A stretch of 40,441 nt of DNA, taken from positions 1 through 40,441 of the IMG/VR virus record IMGVR_UViG_3300026532_000002; one strand, written 5' to 3'. The notes beneath the pieces are model-generated. The model had not been told where the DNA came from and did no database searches. It worked only from the letters and a program-made list of their open reading frames with translations. This document shows, one piece after another, positions 6,897 to 15,325 of this stretch; within the stretch, counting starts at the first letter, position 1, and each line of letters begins with the position of its first letter. The stretch comes from a virus. Position numbers and translations under genes: made by a program.

Positions 6897-9800
6897 CCGC
6901 TGCCGAGGCCGGCATGGGCTCTCTGTCCGAGCACCACCGGCACATGCTATGTGTGGAATCGGGACTGTCCGCGCAAACAGTAACCCAACGCGGATACCGC
7001 ACCGTGCGGGGCACTGACGGCTCAGCCGAACTCGCCACGCTGGGTTTCAATCTTGCGCAGGCGCGCACGGCTGAGCGGGGTGACGCGTTGCTGGTGCCGC
7101 TGTACGACACCACCGGCGCCGTCGTCAGCCACCAAATCCGCCCGGACGTGCCCCGGCTATCTCAGGGCAACCCGATCAAGTACGAGACACCGGCGCACGT
7201 GGGCAATCGCGTGGACGTGCCGCCGGCGGGGCGTGACGTGGTCATGGACGGCACGTCCCCGCTGTGGGTGACGGAGGGGGCTAAGACCGCCGACGCACTC
7301 GCCCAGGCCGGCGCCGGCGTGCTCATGCTGTGCGGGGTCTGGGGGTTCATGGGCCGGAGTGCGCAAGGGATCGGGACGGCGGTGGTCGCCGATCTCGCCT
7401 ACGTGCCCATGGCCGGACGCACGGTGTACCTGGCCTATGACAGCGACGTTGTCACCAAAGAGAGCGTGCAGGCCGCTGAGCGGCGGTTGGCGGAGACTCT
7501 CAGCGGCCGCGGCGCCGCGGTGTTCACCGTACGGATCCCCAGCGGGTCAGGCGGTATCAAGCAGGGCGCCGATGACTTCCTAGCCGCTGGCGGCACGCTG
7601 GACGCGCTAGTGGCCACGGCCGCTGCGCCGACGGCGACCGACCCGCTCGGCGGCAAGTCACCCCAGCGCTACGCTTACGACCTTGTCGCGGACGGGCACG
7701 AGCTCGCGGTGGACACCACCGGCGCGTTCCTGTTGCGTCCTGTGGACGCGGCTGGATTGCCAGCCGGCCCGGCACGGCGGTACTCCCGCCTGGATCTACA
7801 GGACCGCACACTGAGCCTGGCCGGCGCACGGGGAGCGGTGACCCTGCCCCAATCCGCTGTGACGCACGCGGTATCCCGCCACAACGGTGACCACATTGAC
7901 CAGCGCGTGGGCTTGCCCCCATCGCACATCACCCGCGTACACGGTGTCACCTGGCTGGACATGGGCACTGGGGTCGGGCACGACGTGGTGCGCCTGAGCG
8001 CTGATGGTTGGGGGTACGCGTCGTGGTCCGACGTACCACTGTGGCTGGTGCGTGGTGACACCACGGTGGAACTCACGCCCCCGGCGTCTATTGAACAGCG
8101 CAGTTGGGAACCGCTACGCCGTTTGCTCGCGCTGGACGATGAGTCGTTCGCGGTGATCCGGGTCTGGCTGGTGGCGCTGCTGGTCACCGACCGCGTGCCG
8201 CTGTTGTGGTGGCGGGGTGCTGCTGGTGCTGGCAAGTCCACTCGGGCCGACCTCGTTAGCGCCGTATTGGGGTTGCCAGGATTGTCTGCCGCGCCGCTGA
8301 ACATGCAAGACGCTTACAGCAAACTACAGGAGTCTCCGTGGATGCAAATAGAGAACCTCGGAGCGCTGGACCCGGCGATGTCGGACCTGTGGTGCACAGC
8401 TATCGCAGACGGTGTGGTGTCCACCCGAATCCTGCACACCTCTCGCCAGGTTCGTGTCACTGGTAGGTGGACGGGTCAGGTCACGTCTGTCCGAGACGTT
8501 CCTGGTGCGCTGGACGACCTGATGTCCCGGGCGCTCACGGTGGACGTGCCGGTAGACACCACCCGCCGGCTGGCCGCGGACCTGCACGCGGAAATGCGCG
8601 AGCACGCTCCCCTCGTGCGCGGTGCGCTGCTTGACGACGCGGTGGCGGTACTACGGCGGTTCGCCGCTGGCGACCTGCGGACCGGTAGTTACCGGTTTCC
8701 CGCACTGACCGCGATCGCGCACGCGCTCGACGTGTGCGACGGGGTAGCGGGTATCCACGCCCATGCCCTAGGGGACGCGGCCAGCGAAACCACCGCGGAA
8801 CGCTCGGAAAACGACCCATGGGTTCGGTGGCTCGCCGATGAGACACGACGGTGCGGTGGCTGCTGGACCGCAACGGCAGCGGAGATCTTCGACGCCCAAC
8901 GTGCGCATCGGCGCTCGGTGACCGTTGCCCTTGCGGACGAGGTCGACCAGTGGCCGACCAGTGCCAAGCAGGTGGGCTGGTGGCTGCCGACGCGCGAAGG
9001 GCGTCTCCGTGCGTTGGGTGTCGAGTGGCGCAAGGGACGGCGTACGGCTGAGCGTCGTCCGCACGTGCTGCGTGTGCTCGGCGGAAACTCTGTCGTTCCT
9101 CCCAAGATCGAAGAAGAAACGACAGCCACTACGTCAGAACAAAACCCCAGGTCAACTAGGGTCTCTGACAACACTGACATTTCTGTCTTTAATCTTCAAA
9201 AAAGTTATAGAGATAAGAGTGAAGTGCAACCGTTAGATACACTAACGGTTGCACTTGGAGATAAGCAGGGGGGTATATACGGTGACGCCGATTTGGCGTC
9301 AGAAACGCCGGGAACGACAGAGACCCTAGTTGACCTGGGAGTTTGCGCTGACAAACCACAAACGGGCATTGTCATCCGCCCCGAGGGGAACGTCAGTGCC
9401 CATCGGTGCTCTCGCTTGGAGCGCCGGGGCGACCCCACCCCATGTTCTCTAAACGATACACGGGAAGGTCTTGTGGCTGTCGTGCGCGCCGAGGGTGCGC
9501 TCACGGTGGACGTGGAGACCACGGGCTACCCCGTCGGTCATGCCGACTATGCCCTGCGCACGGTACAGCTGGGGGGCGCTACGTGCGCGTGGGTGTTTGA
9601 CGTGCGTGACGGGGAGGGAGCCCACGAGGTGCGCGCGTTGGTGCGTGACTTCCTCGCGGTCGTCCCCAAGCTGCACGCTCACTCGGCTACCGCCGATCTC
9701 GTGCCGCTAGCGCACGCGGGGCTGATAGACCACGAGTCCGGCTGGCAACGGATGTTCGACACCGTCATCCCCGCCAAGCTTGCCGATCCGCAGAGCACGG

Positions 9801-11221
9801 GCTCAGGCCCTGGGCTTAAGGCCCTCGCGGGCGCCGTGCTGGGGGAGCAGGCTACGGCCCCGGCGGCTGATGAGGCGCGTGCCGCGCTGTTCAAGCGCAA
9901 CAAGTGGGTGACCAACACTAAGGTCACGACAGCGGTGGAGCGCTCTGGTTGGGCGCAGGTCGATCCCGCAGATTCGGTCATGTTGCGCTACGCCGCGTCT
10001 GACGTGCTGGACACTGCGGTGCTCGCTCAGCGCTTGCCGTGGCCGGACGCTGCGCTGCTGGAGCGCGAGCGGGTTACCCAGCGGATGACTGCCCGGGTGG
10101 CGTACCGCGGGTTGCGGGTGGACGCCGACCACGTGGCCGCTAAGCGCACCGAGCACACCGACGCGCAAGCTGTGGCCGCCGAGCGCGTGCGGGCGGCTGG
10201 TGTGGCCGATCCCGGCAGCAACAAACAGGTCGGTGAGAAGTTGGCTCAGCTGGGCGCCAGCCTGCCTCGTACCGCCAGGGGTGCACCGTCAGTCGCGGAA
10301 GGTGCGATAGAGCCGCTACGGGCCGATCAGGGCGCGGTCGGCGAGCTGGTGCGCGCGGTGCTCGACTACCGTCACCACACCAAGGCTCTCTCGGCATTCT
10401 TGGAGCCCTACGCGCAGTTGTGTGCGCGCGGGGACGGCCGAGTACGCCCGACCATTTACACTCTTGCCGCGGACACCGGCAGAATGTCCTGTGTCCGTCT
10501 CAACCTCCAACAGGTCCCGCGAGAGGGTGGTTTCCGGGCGTGCATTACCGCGGATCCTGGGCATGTGCTGATCAGCGCTGACTTTTCCGGCGTGGAGATC
10601 CGGGGCGCTGCGGCGTTGTCTCAAGACGCCACGCTGATCAAGCTGATTGCAGAGGAAGACGCCGGCCGTAGTGATGGGCTGCACTGGCTCATTGCTCGTC
10701 AGGTGTTCGGTCCGGACGCTACTAAGGCGGATCGGTACACCGCGAAGCGGGTCGTGTTCGGCCGGCTCTACGGCGGAGCCATCGCCACGCTAGCCAAACA
10801 GGCTGGCACGTCCGAGTTGGTGGTGGCGTCCGCTATTGACGTTCTGGACGCGACCACGCCGCAACTCACCCAGTGGTCCCACGCTATCCGCAACGCCGTG
10901 AAGGCTGGTAGTACCCAGTTCCCCACCTATTCGGGCCGGACCATCCACCTGCCGCGGGAATACCCGCACAAGGGCCCGAACTACTGCATTCAGGGCACCT
11001 GCCGAGAGCTGCTCGTGGACGCGCTGACCCGCTGGCGTGACACCAAGTGGGGAGATTGCACGATCCTGCCAGTGCACGACGAGATCGTGGCCATGGTGCC
11101 CGAGGCGGACGCCGACGAGGCAACTGCCGAGCTCGTGGCGTGTATGCGGGGCAATTTGCATGGCGTGCCAATTATGGCGGAGGCCAGTGCGCCGTCATTC
11201 GCGTGGGCCGATTCGGTGTAG
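6893..11221 (+). CDS. Fusion protein: Toprim (DUF3854-like) primase, P-loop NTPase, 3'-5' exonuclease and family-A DNA polymerase
   Basis: Toprim VTEGAKTADAL and YLAYDSDVV. Walker A GAAGAGKST. Exo motifs LTVDVETTG, HSATADL, YAASD. Pol motif A DFSGVEIRGAA, motif B RYTAKRVVFGRLYGG, motif C PVHDEIV. One uninterrupted frame; ATG 6893 overlaps the RuvC stop (ATGA). Confidence 0.85.
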   Translation: MTAAEAGMGSLSEHHRHMLCVESGLSAQTVTQRGYRTVRGTDGSAELATLGFNLAQARTAERGDALLVPLYDTTGAVVSHQIRPDVPRLSQGNPIKYETPAHVGNRVDVPPAGRDVVMDGTSPLWVTEGAKTADALAQAGAGVLMLCGVWGFMGRSAQGIGTAVVADLAYVPMAGRTVYLAYDSDVVTKESVQAAERRLAETLSGRGAAVFTVRIPSGSGGIKQGADDFLAAGGTLDALVATAAAPTATDPLGGKSPQRYAYDLVADGHELAVDTTGAFLLRPVDAAGLPAGPARRYSRLDLQDRTLSLAGARGAVTLPQSAVTHAVSRHNGDHIDQRVGLPPSHITRVHGVTWLDMGTGVGHDVVRLSADGWGYASWSDVPLWLVRGDTTVELTPPASIEQRSWEPLRRLLALDDESFAVIRVWLVALLVTDRVPLLWWRGAAGAGKSTRADLVSAVLGLPGLSAAPLNMQDAYSKLQESPWMQIENLGALDPAMSDLWCTAIADGVVSTRILHTSRQVRVTGRWTGQVTSVRDVPGALDDLMSRALTVDVPVDTTRRLAADLHAEMREHAPLVRGALLDDAVAVLRRFAAGDLRTGSYRFPALTAIAHALDVCDGVAGIHAHALGDAASETTAERSENDPWVRWLADETRRCGGCWTATAAEIFDAQRAHRRSVTVALADEVDQWPTSAKQVGWWLPTREGRLRALGVEWRKGRRTAERRPHVLRVLGGNSVVPPKIEEETTATTSEQNPRSTRVSDNTDISVFNLQKSYRDKSEVQPLDTLTVALGDKQGGIYGDADLASETPGTTETLVDLGVCADKPQTGIVIRPEGNVSAHRCSRLERRGDPTPCSLNDTREGLVAVVRAEGALTVDVETTGYPVGHADYALRTVQLGGATCAWVFDVRDGEGAHEVRALVRDFLAVVPKLHAHSATADLVPLAHAGLIDHESGWQRMFDTVIPAKLADPQSTGSGPGLKALAGAVLGEQATAPAADEARAALFKRNKWVTNTKVTTAVERSGWAQVDPADSVMLRYAASDVLDTAVLAQRLPWPDAALLERERVTQRMTARVAYRGLRVDADHVAAKRTEHTDAQAVAAERVRAAGVADPGSNKQVGEKLAQLGASLPRTARGAPSVAEGAIEPLRADQGAVGELVRAVLDYRHHTKALSAFLEPYAQLCARGDGRVRPTIYTLAADTGRMSCVRLNLQQVPREGGFRACITADPGHVLISADFSGVEIRGAAALSQDATLIKLIAEEDAGRSDGLHWLIARQVFGPDATKADRYTAKRVVFGRLYGGAIATLAKQAGTSELVVASAIDVLDATTPQLTQWSHAIRNAVKAGSTQFPTYSGRTIHLPREYPHKGPNYCIQGTCRELLVDALTRWRDTKWGDCTILPVHDEIVAMVPEADADEATAELVACMRGNLHGVPIMAEASAPSFAWADSV
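9146..9339. other. Low-G+C structured element inside the polymerase-fusion linker (candidate intragenic origin or cis-acting RNA/DNA structure)
   Basis: 22-bp perfect inverted repeat 9146-9167 / 9318-9339. It encloses an A/T-rich tract, a 15-bp hairpin (9222-9256) flanked by direct GAGATAAG 8-mers (9210-9217, 9258-9265), and a 7-bp hairpin (9283-9301). Confidence 0.6.
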
Positions 11222-11232
11222 GAGGGATCCCA

Positions 11233-11880
11233 ATGGCTGTCTGTCTCATTTGCGAAGACCAAGATGCCATGCACCGGTACGTGTGCTATGGCTGCACCAA
11301 CCGAATGCGCCGCCAGCTGCGCGAACTGGAGACCTATGCCGCGATTCTCGCCGTGACCGTCGCGCCGTTGCACGGCGGATCAGGCCGGCGCGCACCTGGT
11401 TACGATAGTCGTAGCCCCGCTAGGGACGACGTGATCGTGATGCTCGATTGGCGAACCCGAACCGACTCCTGCGGTGACGATGACGATGACAGCCCCATCT
11501 GGTCTCTCCTCGGCACTCTCCACGGGTTATCCATCTACATCGCCGGTCAGCTTGGTCACACCGAACCGATGCGCATCACGATGACCGTCGTGACGGCGTA
11601 TCTCTTGGCGGTGGTGGACCGCTGCGCGTTAGAGAAGTGGGTTGTGGACGTTGCCGCCGACATCCACGACTTACACACCCAAGCTCGCGCATTGGCGCAC
11701 GATTGCCCACCTCGCCCACTTGGTGCGTGCCTCGGGGTGGGTTGTGGTGGAGCTGTTTATCCCGCCATTTTGCGAGATCAGCGTGGCGAGCACGAGGGAG
11801 CACGGTGCAGCAGGTGTTTGCGTGCGTACGACGGTCTCGATCTTGCTAGGCTCGGGGCGCAGGAGGTGACGGCACGGTGA
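11233..11880 (+). CDS. Hypothetical Cys-rich (zinc-ribbon-like) protein
   Basis: RBS ggaggg 6 nt before ATG 11233. N-terminal CLICEDQ...CYGC and C-terminal CLGVGCGG...CSRC cysteine pairs. Confidence 0.55.
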   Translation: MAVCLICEDQDAMHRYVCYGCTNRMRRQLRELETYAAILAVTVAPLHGGSGRRAPGYDSRSPARDDVIVMLDWRTRTDSCGDDDDDSPIWSLLGTLHGLSIYIAGQLGHTEPMRITMTVVTAYLLAVVDRCALEKWVVDVAADIHDLHTQARALAHDCPPRPLGACLGVGCGGAVYPAILRDQRGEHEGARCSRCLRAYDGLDLARLGAQEVTAR

Positions 11881-12071
11881 AGCGTGTACCTGCTTGGGTA
11901 GTACTGGAGATCCTGCGGCAGGAAGCCGATAAGACGGGGGACAACCGATATCGTGTCACCGGTGGTGCCCTTCGGAATTGGGTGTGGCGTGGGCACGTCA
12001 CCCGCGGCTCAGGTGGGTACGACCTCACGGAGATACTTGCCTATCTTCAGAGCCGCAGTGTGGCGGCTTGA
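11877..12071 (+). CDS. Small helix-turn-helix DNA-binding protein
   Basis: GTG 11877 overlaps the preceding TGA (GTGA). 64 aa with winged-HTH-like LRNWVWRGHV. Last gene of the early operon. Confidence 0.5.
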   Translation: MKRVPAWVVLEILRQEADKTGDNRYRVTGGALRNWVWRGHVTRGSGGYDLTEILAYLQSRSVAA

Positions 12072-12124
12072 CACAGATCAAGTCCTGTGTGACGCTCGGG
12101 GAGAGCGGAGCCCTGTCCGCACCG

Positions 12125-12162
12125 AAGCCCCCGTCGAGAATTCTCTCCCCCTCCGGGGGCTT
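12125..12162 (+). terminator. Stem-loop after the early operon (terminator candidate)
   Basis: aagcccccg / 20-nt loop containing the palindrome gagaattctc / cgggggctt, followed by tg. Confidence 0.35.
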
Positions 12163-12204
12163 TGTCGCGCTCAAAGACCGTCCGGCCAGTGGTGGAGGTG
12201 TCTG

Positions 12205-12360
12205 GTGAACTCTGCCCTACTAACCGCGCTCCTCGTCCCTGTCAGCGGGCTCTTGCTCGCTCTCGCTTTCCTTTTCGGCGGCCGGGTGGCGCACCTCTTG
12301 GCAGTTCTGTCCGCTGGACTGTTCGCTGCGGCCGTCGTTCTTATTCTCGCTCACGGCTGA
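12205..12360 (+). CDS. Small membrane protein (51 aa)
   Basis: RBS ggagg, then GTG 12205. Almost entirely hydrophobic: LLTALLVPVSGLLLALAFLF...LFAAAVVLILA. Confidence 0.45.
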   Translation: MNSALLTALLVPVSGLLLALAFLFGGRVAHLLAVLSAGLFAAAVVLILAHG

Positions 12361-12371
12361 TTGCGCGAGCC

Positions 12372-12710
12372 ATGCCGAAACGGCCCTGCCTCGGCTGCAA
12401 GCGGCTGATCCCCACTGCCGACGGCAATCGCTGTCAGACTTGCCGCTCGGTACGGGACCGGCAGCGCGACGCGCGCCGTGGTGGGACCACACAGCGTGGC
12501 TATGGCCGGGTCTATCAGCGCGAGCGGGAGCGTGTACTACCCCGTGCTACGCACTGCTGCGTGTGCGGTGTCAGCTTTGCCGAGCTCGGTGTGCAGCCCA
12601 CCGCTGAGCATCTCGTGTCCCGTCGGCACGGTGGCCGAGCGGTGGGCAACCTGGGTGCGGCGTGCGCACGGTGCAATTATGGTTGGGCACGACATGGCAA
12701 CAGTAAGTAG
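12372..12710 (+). CDS. HNH endonuclease (terminase-associated type)
   Basis: CLGCKR...CQTC zinc knuckle, then EHLVSRRHGG...NLGAACARCN (H-N-H core). Located immediately upstream of the terminase genes. Confidence 0.8.
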   Translation: MPKRPCLGCKRLIPTADGNRCQTCRSVRDRQRDARRGGTTQRGYGRVYQRERERVLPRATHCCVCGVSFAELGVQPTAEHLVSRRHGGRAVGNLGAACARCNYGWARHGNSK

Positions 12711-12933
12711 TATATGCAGGTCAGAATCTTATTGATGCTCCACATAGGAGCATTCCACAGAGGACTGATTTCAAGCCTCTGACCTGCGGTTATGCCACCG
12801 GGGTCAAGATTCATTCGACCTGGGCTTTTCTGACCCGCCCCACACCCCATCTTTTCACGTGGTACCACTGGCGGAAATTGTCCGAAATAGTCGTTTTTTC
12901 GTGAAGAATTGTCCGATTTCGGGGGTGATCGTG
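12711..12933. promoter_or_regulatory. Non-coding, lower-G+C, repeat-rich region between HNH and TerS: probable cos/pac and late-promoter region
   Basis: 10-bp inverted repeat 12716-12725 / 12778-12787 encloses an 8-bp hairpin (12734-12754). Direct repeats AATTGTCCGA at 12876-12885 and 12907-12916. No convincing ORF. Confidence 0.5.
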
Positions 12934-13455
12934 ATGCCCCGGAGCAAAAAACCGCCCGGACATGCGGTAGACAAACGCAACGGGCAGCGCGCCACCTTGA
13001 GTGTGATCAGTGGCGAGAAACCGAAGCGCCCACCGGCGCCGGGATCGTTGCGCGCGGATGCTCGCAAGCTGTGGGTGGCGTATTGGGATGACGTACTTGC
13101 CGGCATCGTTCAGCCCGCTGAGATCTACCTCGTGCGGCGCTGGGTGGCGAACGTCAACCGGTATCTGACGTTGATGGCCACCGCGGACGCGGAACCGATT
13201 GTGGAGGGCTCGCAGGGGCAGACCCGGGCGCACCCGGCTTACACGCTGGCACTGAAGCTTGAGGACTCGATTCGTGCCGACGAGGCCCAGCTGGGCTACG
13301 GCCCGAAGAACCGGGCGGCGCTCGGTATCGCGGTGGTGGAACAGAAGCGCAGCCTGGCTGATCTGAACACGAGGTACGGAGGCGCAGATGGCCGAGTCAT
13401 CACCGCCACCGACGACCACGCGGACGAACGGGACCCGCGCACGCAAACCGGCTGA
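12934..13455 (+). CDS. Terminase small subunit (P27-like)
   Basis: MPRSKKPPGHA... basic N-terminus followed by LRADARKLWVAYW. Position directly before the large subunit. Confidence 0.7.
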   Translation: MPRSKKPPGHAVDKRNGQRATLSVISGEKPKRPPAPGSLRADARKLWVAYWDDVLAGIVQPAEIYLVRRWVANVNRYLTLMATADAEPIVEGSQGQTRAHPAYTLALKLEDSIRADEAQLGYGPKNRAALGIAVVEQKRSLADLNTRYGGADGRVITATDDHADERDPRTQTG

Positions 13456-15064
13456 GCTCGGTTGTACCGCATGCGATTGGGTGCCCGAGCCTGACCAGTT
13501 GTGGCCTACCCAGGGTCCGGTGGCGGTGCCCTGGATCGAGGACAACCTCATCTTCGCCGAGGGCGACTGGTACGAGCAGCCATTCCGGTTGCGGCCGGAC
13601 CAGAAGCTGTTTCTGTACCGCTGGTACGAACACTGCCCAGACTGTGGCCAGTGGCGCTACAACGACGGGTTGCGGGGCGCGGCCACCGGTGACGGCAAGA
13701 CCGCGTTCGTGGCCGCGATTGTGGCTCTGGAGTTCGCCGGACCGCCGCAGATCGCGCCGGTCAGTCCGAACATCCCGATCGCCGCGGCGAGCTTCGAGCA
13801 GGCTGACCTGTTGTTTTCCGCCCTGGCCACGATGCTCGGCGGCCGGGACAACAAGGTGACCGAGGCCCCGCTGTGTGGGTTCTTTGAGATCTATGACACC
13901 GAGATCAAGTTTGCGGACGGACGGCCGGGGAAGGTGTTCCGGGTCGCGGCGGTCGCCGGCACGAACGAGGGCGGCCTGCCGCACCTATTCGTGCGAGATG
14001 AACTTCACGAGTGGGGCGATGTCGGCGACCGTAAAGCCCGGGTGGCTACCGTTATTGGCAAGTCCACCAAGAAACGCCGCACTCCTCGCGGCTGCGGTCG
14101 GATTCTGAGCCTGTCTACCGCCGGTTTTGACGTCGACCACAGCTTGCTCGGCAGCATGTACAAACTCGGCAAACGGACGCTGCGCGATCCCAGCGTGGCG
14201 CCGCGGTTTCTGATGGATTGGCAGGAAGCACCGGAGGGGTTGGATTACCGGAAGCGGGCCGATCGGGAGCGCGCGGTACGTGCCGCGTCGGCCGCGGCCG
14301 ACCGGCAGTGGTCCGTGGCCGATCGGGTAGCGGAGTGGGGTAAGCCCGAGATGCCGTCGCACGAGTGGATCAGGTATTACGCCAACCGCTGGGTCGACGT
14401 GGCCGAGGAATCCTGGCTGAAGGACCACCCGGGAGCGTGGGCGAACTGTCAGGGTGAGTGGGAGACAAGCGATGCCAACCCGTGGGTTGAGACCATCGAT
14501 ATGGCGCTCAAACAGGACAGTGTCGCGGTCAACCGGGTTGAGCAGTTGCCCGACGGGCGGATTGCGGTCACGGCACGGATCTGGACGGCCGATCAGTTCC
14601 CGGACGGCCGGATCCACCACGGCGTGGTCTGGGACTACATCGTTGAGCACGCGCAAGGCCCCGGTTTCCGGGGTGTGGTGTATGACCCCCGGTTCTTCGA
14701 GGTGCCCGCCCGGTTGTTGGAAGACCGGGGCATCCCAACGATTCAGTTTGATCAGTCTCCGGCACGGATGACCCCAGCCTGTGGGCTGACTTTTCAGCTG
14801 ATTCTGGACGCCATGATCGTGCACGACGGGGACCCGGACCTCGCGGCGCACGTCAACGCCTCGGTGAAGCGACAGCAGGAACGCGGTTTCACGCTCTCCA
14901 AGGGTCGCAGCAAGCGGCACATCGACGCCGCGGTGGCCATGTGCATGGGCGTGTGGGTGCTCCACGAGGTCCCCGAGGAGACCACGCCGCCACCGGCGAC
15001 GGTGAGCGCGGCGATCGTAGACGATCACGATTTGTGGCGGCCGACGTCCCGCCTGCAACTCTGA
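13388..15064 (+). CDS. Terminase large subunit
   Basis: Walker A-like GAATGDGKT, Walker B LFVRDELHEW. 558 aa. GGAGG RBS before ATG 13388. An alternative in-frame GTG at 13481 would remove the 68-nt overlap with TerS. Confidence 0.85.
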   Translation: MAESSPPPTTTRTNGTRARKPAELGCTACDWVPEPDQLWPTQGPVAVPWIEDNLIFAEGDWYEQPFRLRPDQKLFLYRWYEHCPDCGQWRYNDGLRGAATGDGKTAFVAAIVALEFAGPPQIAPVSPNIPIAAASFEQADLLFSALATMLGGRDNKVTEAPLCGFFEIYDTEIKFADGRPGKVFRVAAVAGTNEGGLPHLFVRDELHEWGDVGDRKARVATVIGKSTKKRRTPRGCGRILSLSTAGFDVDHSLLGSMYKLGKRTLRDPSVAPRFLMDWQEAPEGLDYRKRADRERAVRAASAAADRQWSVADRVAEWGKPEMPSHEWIRYYANRWVDVAEESWLKDHPGAWANCQGEWETSDANPWVETIDMALKQDSVAVNRVEQLPDGRIAVTARIWTADQFPDGRIHHGVVWDYIVEHAQGPGFRGVVYDPRFFEVPARLLEDRGIPTIQFDQSPARMTPACGLTFQLILDAMIVHDGDPDLAAHVNASVKRQQERGFTLSKGRSKRHIDAAVAMCMGVWVLHEVPEETTPPPATVSAAIVDDHDLWRPTSRLQL

Positions 15065-15079
15065 CCAGGGAGGTCTCGC

Positions 15080-15325
15080 GTGCTGACTATTCGTGTGCCC
15101 GCGCCACCGGCGGGGCTGGTTGCCAACCTGTTCGGTCTGCTTGGGCTGATCGGGTTGGCCATTGCCGCTGGGGGCCTGACGGGTAACTGGTGGTGGACGC
15201 TGGCCGTGGGTAGCGCCATGGCCGTCGGCCTGTCCTATGTCGCCCACGCCCACGCGGCCGCCGTTGCCGCTCCGGCGGATGGCGCGGCCGCCACGGCGCG
15301 GCCTGACCTTCGGGCCGCGGCATGA
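15080..15325 (+). CDS. Small membrane protein
   Basis: RBS gggagg before GTG 15080. Two hydrophobic helices. Stop overlaps portal ATG 15322. Confidence 0.5.
   Translation: MLTIRVPAPPAGLVANLFGLLGLIGLAIAAGGLTGNWWWTLAVGSAMAVGLSYVAHAHAAAVAAPADGAAATARPDLRAAA

Noticed and set aside
9146-9339. The structured element considered as a group I intron, a hammerhead-type ribozyme, a retron msr/msd, or a MITE.
   Set aside because: The reading frame stays open across it. No CUGANGA...GAAA hammerhead core or recognisable group I P7/G-site was found by eye. There is no reverse transcriptase gene in the genome. The inverted repeat has no flanking target-site duplication; the flanks extend the inverted repeat instead.
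12716-12787. tRNA-like fold downstream of the HNH gene.
   Set aside because: The outer stem is 10 bp and the inner arm is 8 bp with a 5-nt loop. There are no D-arm or T-arm (GTTCRANNC) features and no CCA or discriminator geometry. The cos/pac-associated structure is the better explanation.
13985-15253. 422-aa antisense ORF opposite the terminase large-subunit gene. Similar long antisense ORFs occur at 16685..17701, 12811..13551, 7675..8304, 5008..5616, 30266..31006, 36678..37394 and 39727..40404.
   Set aside because: Their Arg/Pro/Gly-rich, low-complexity translations are typical of stop-poor antisense frames in high-G+C DNA. Each lies fully opposite a gene with clear motifs and start-stop coupling.
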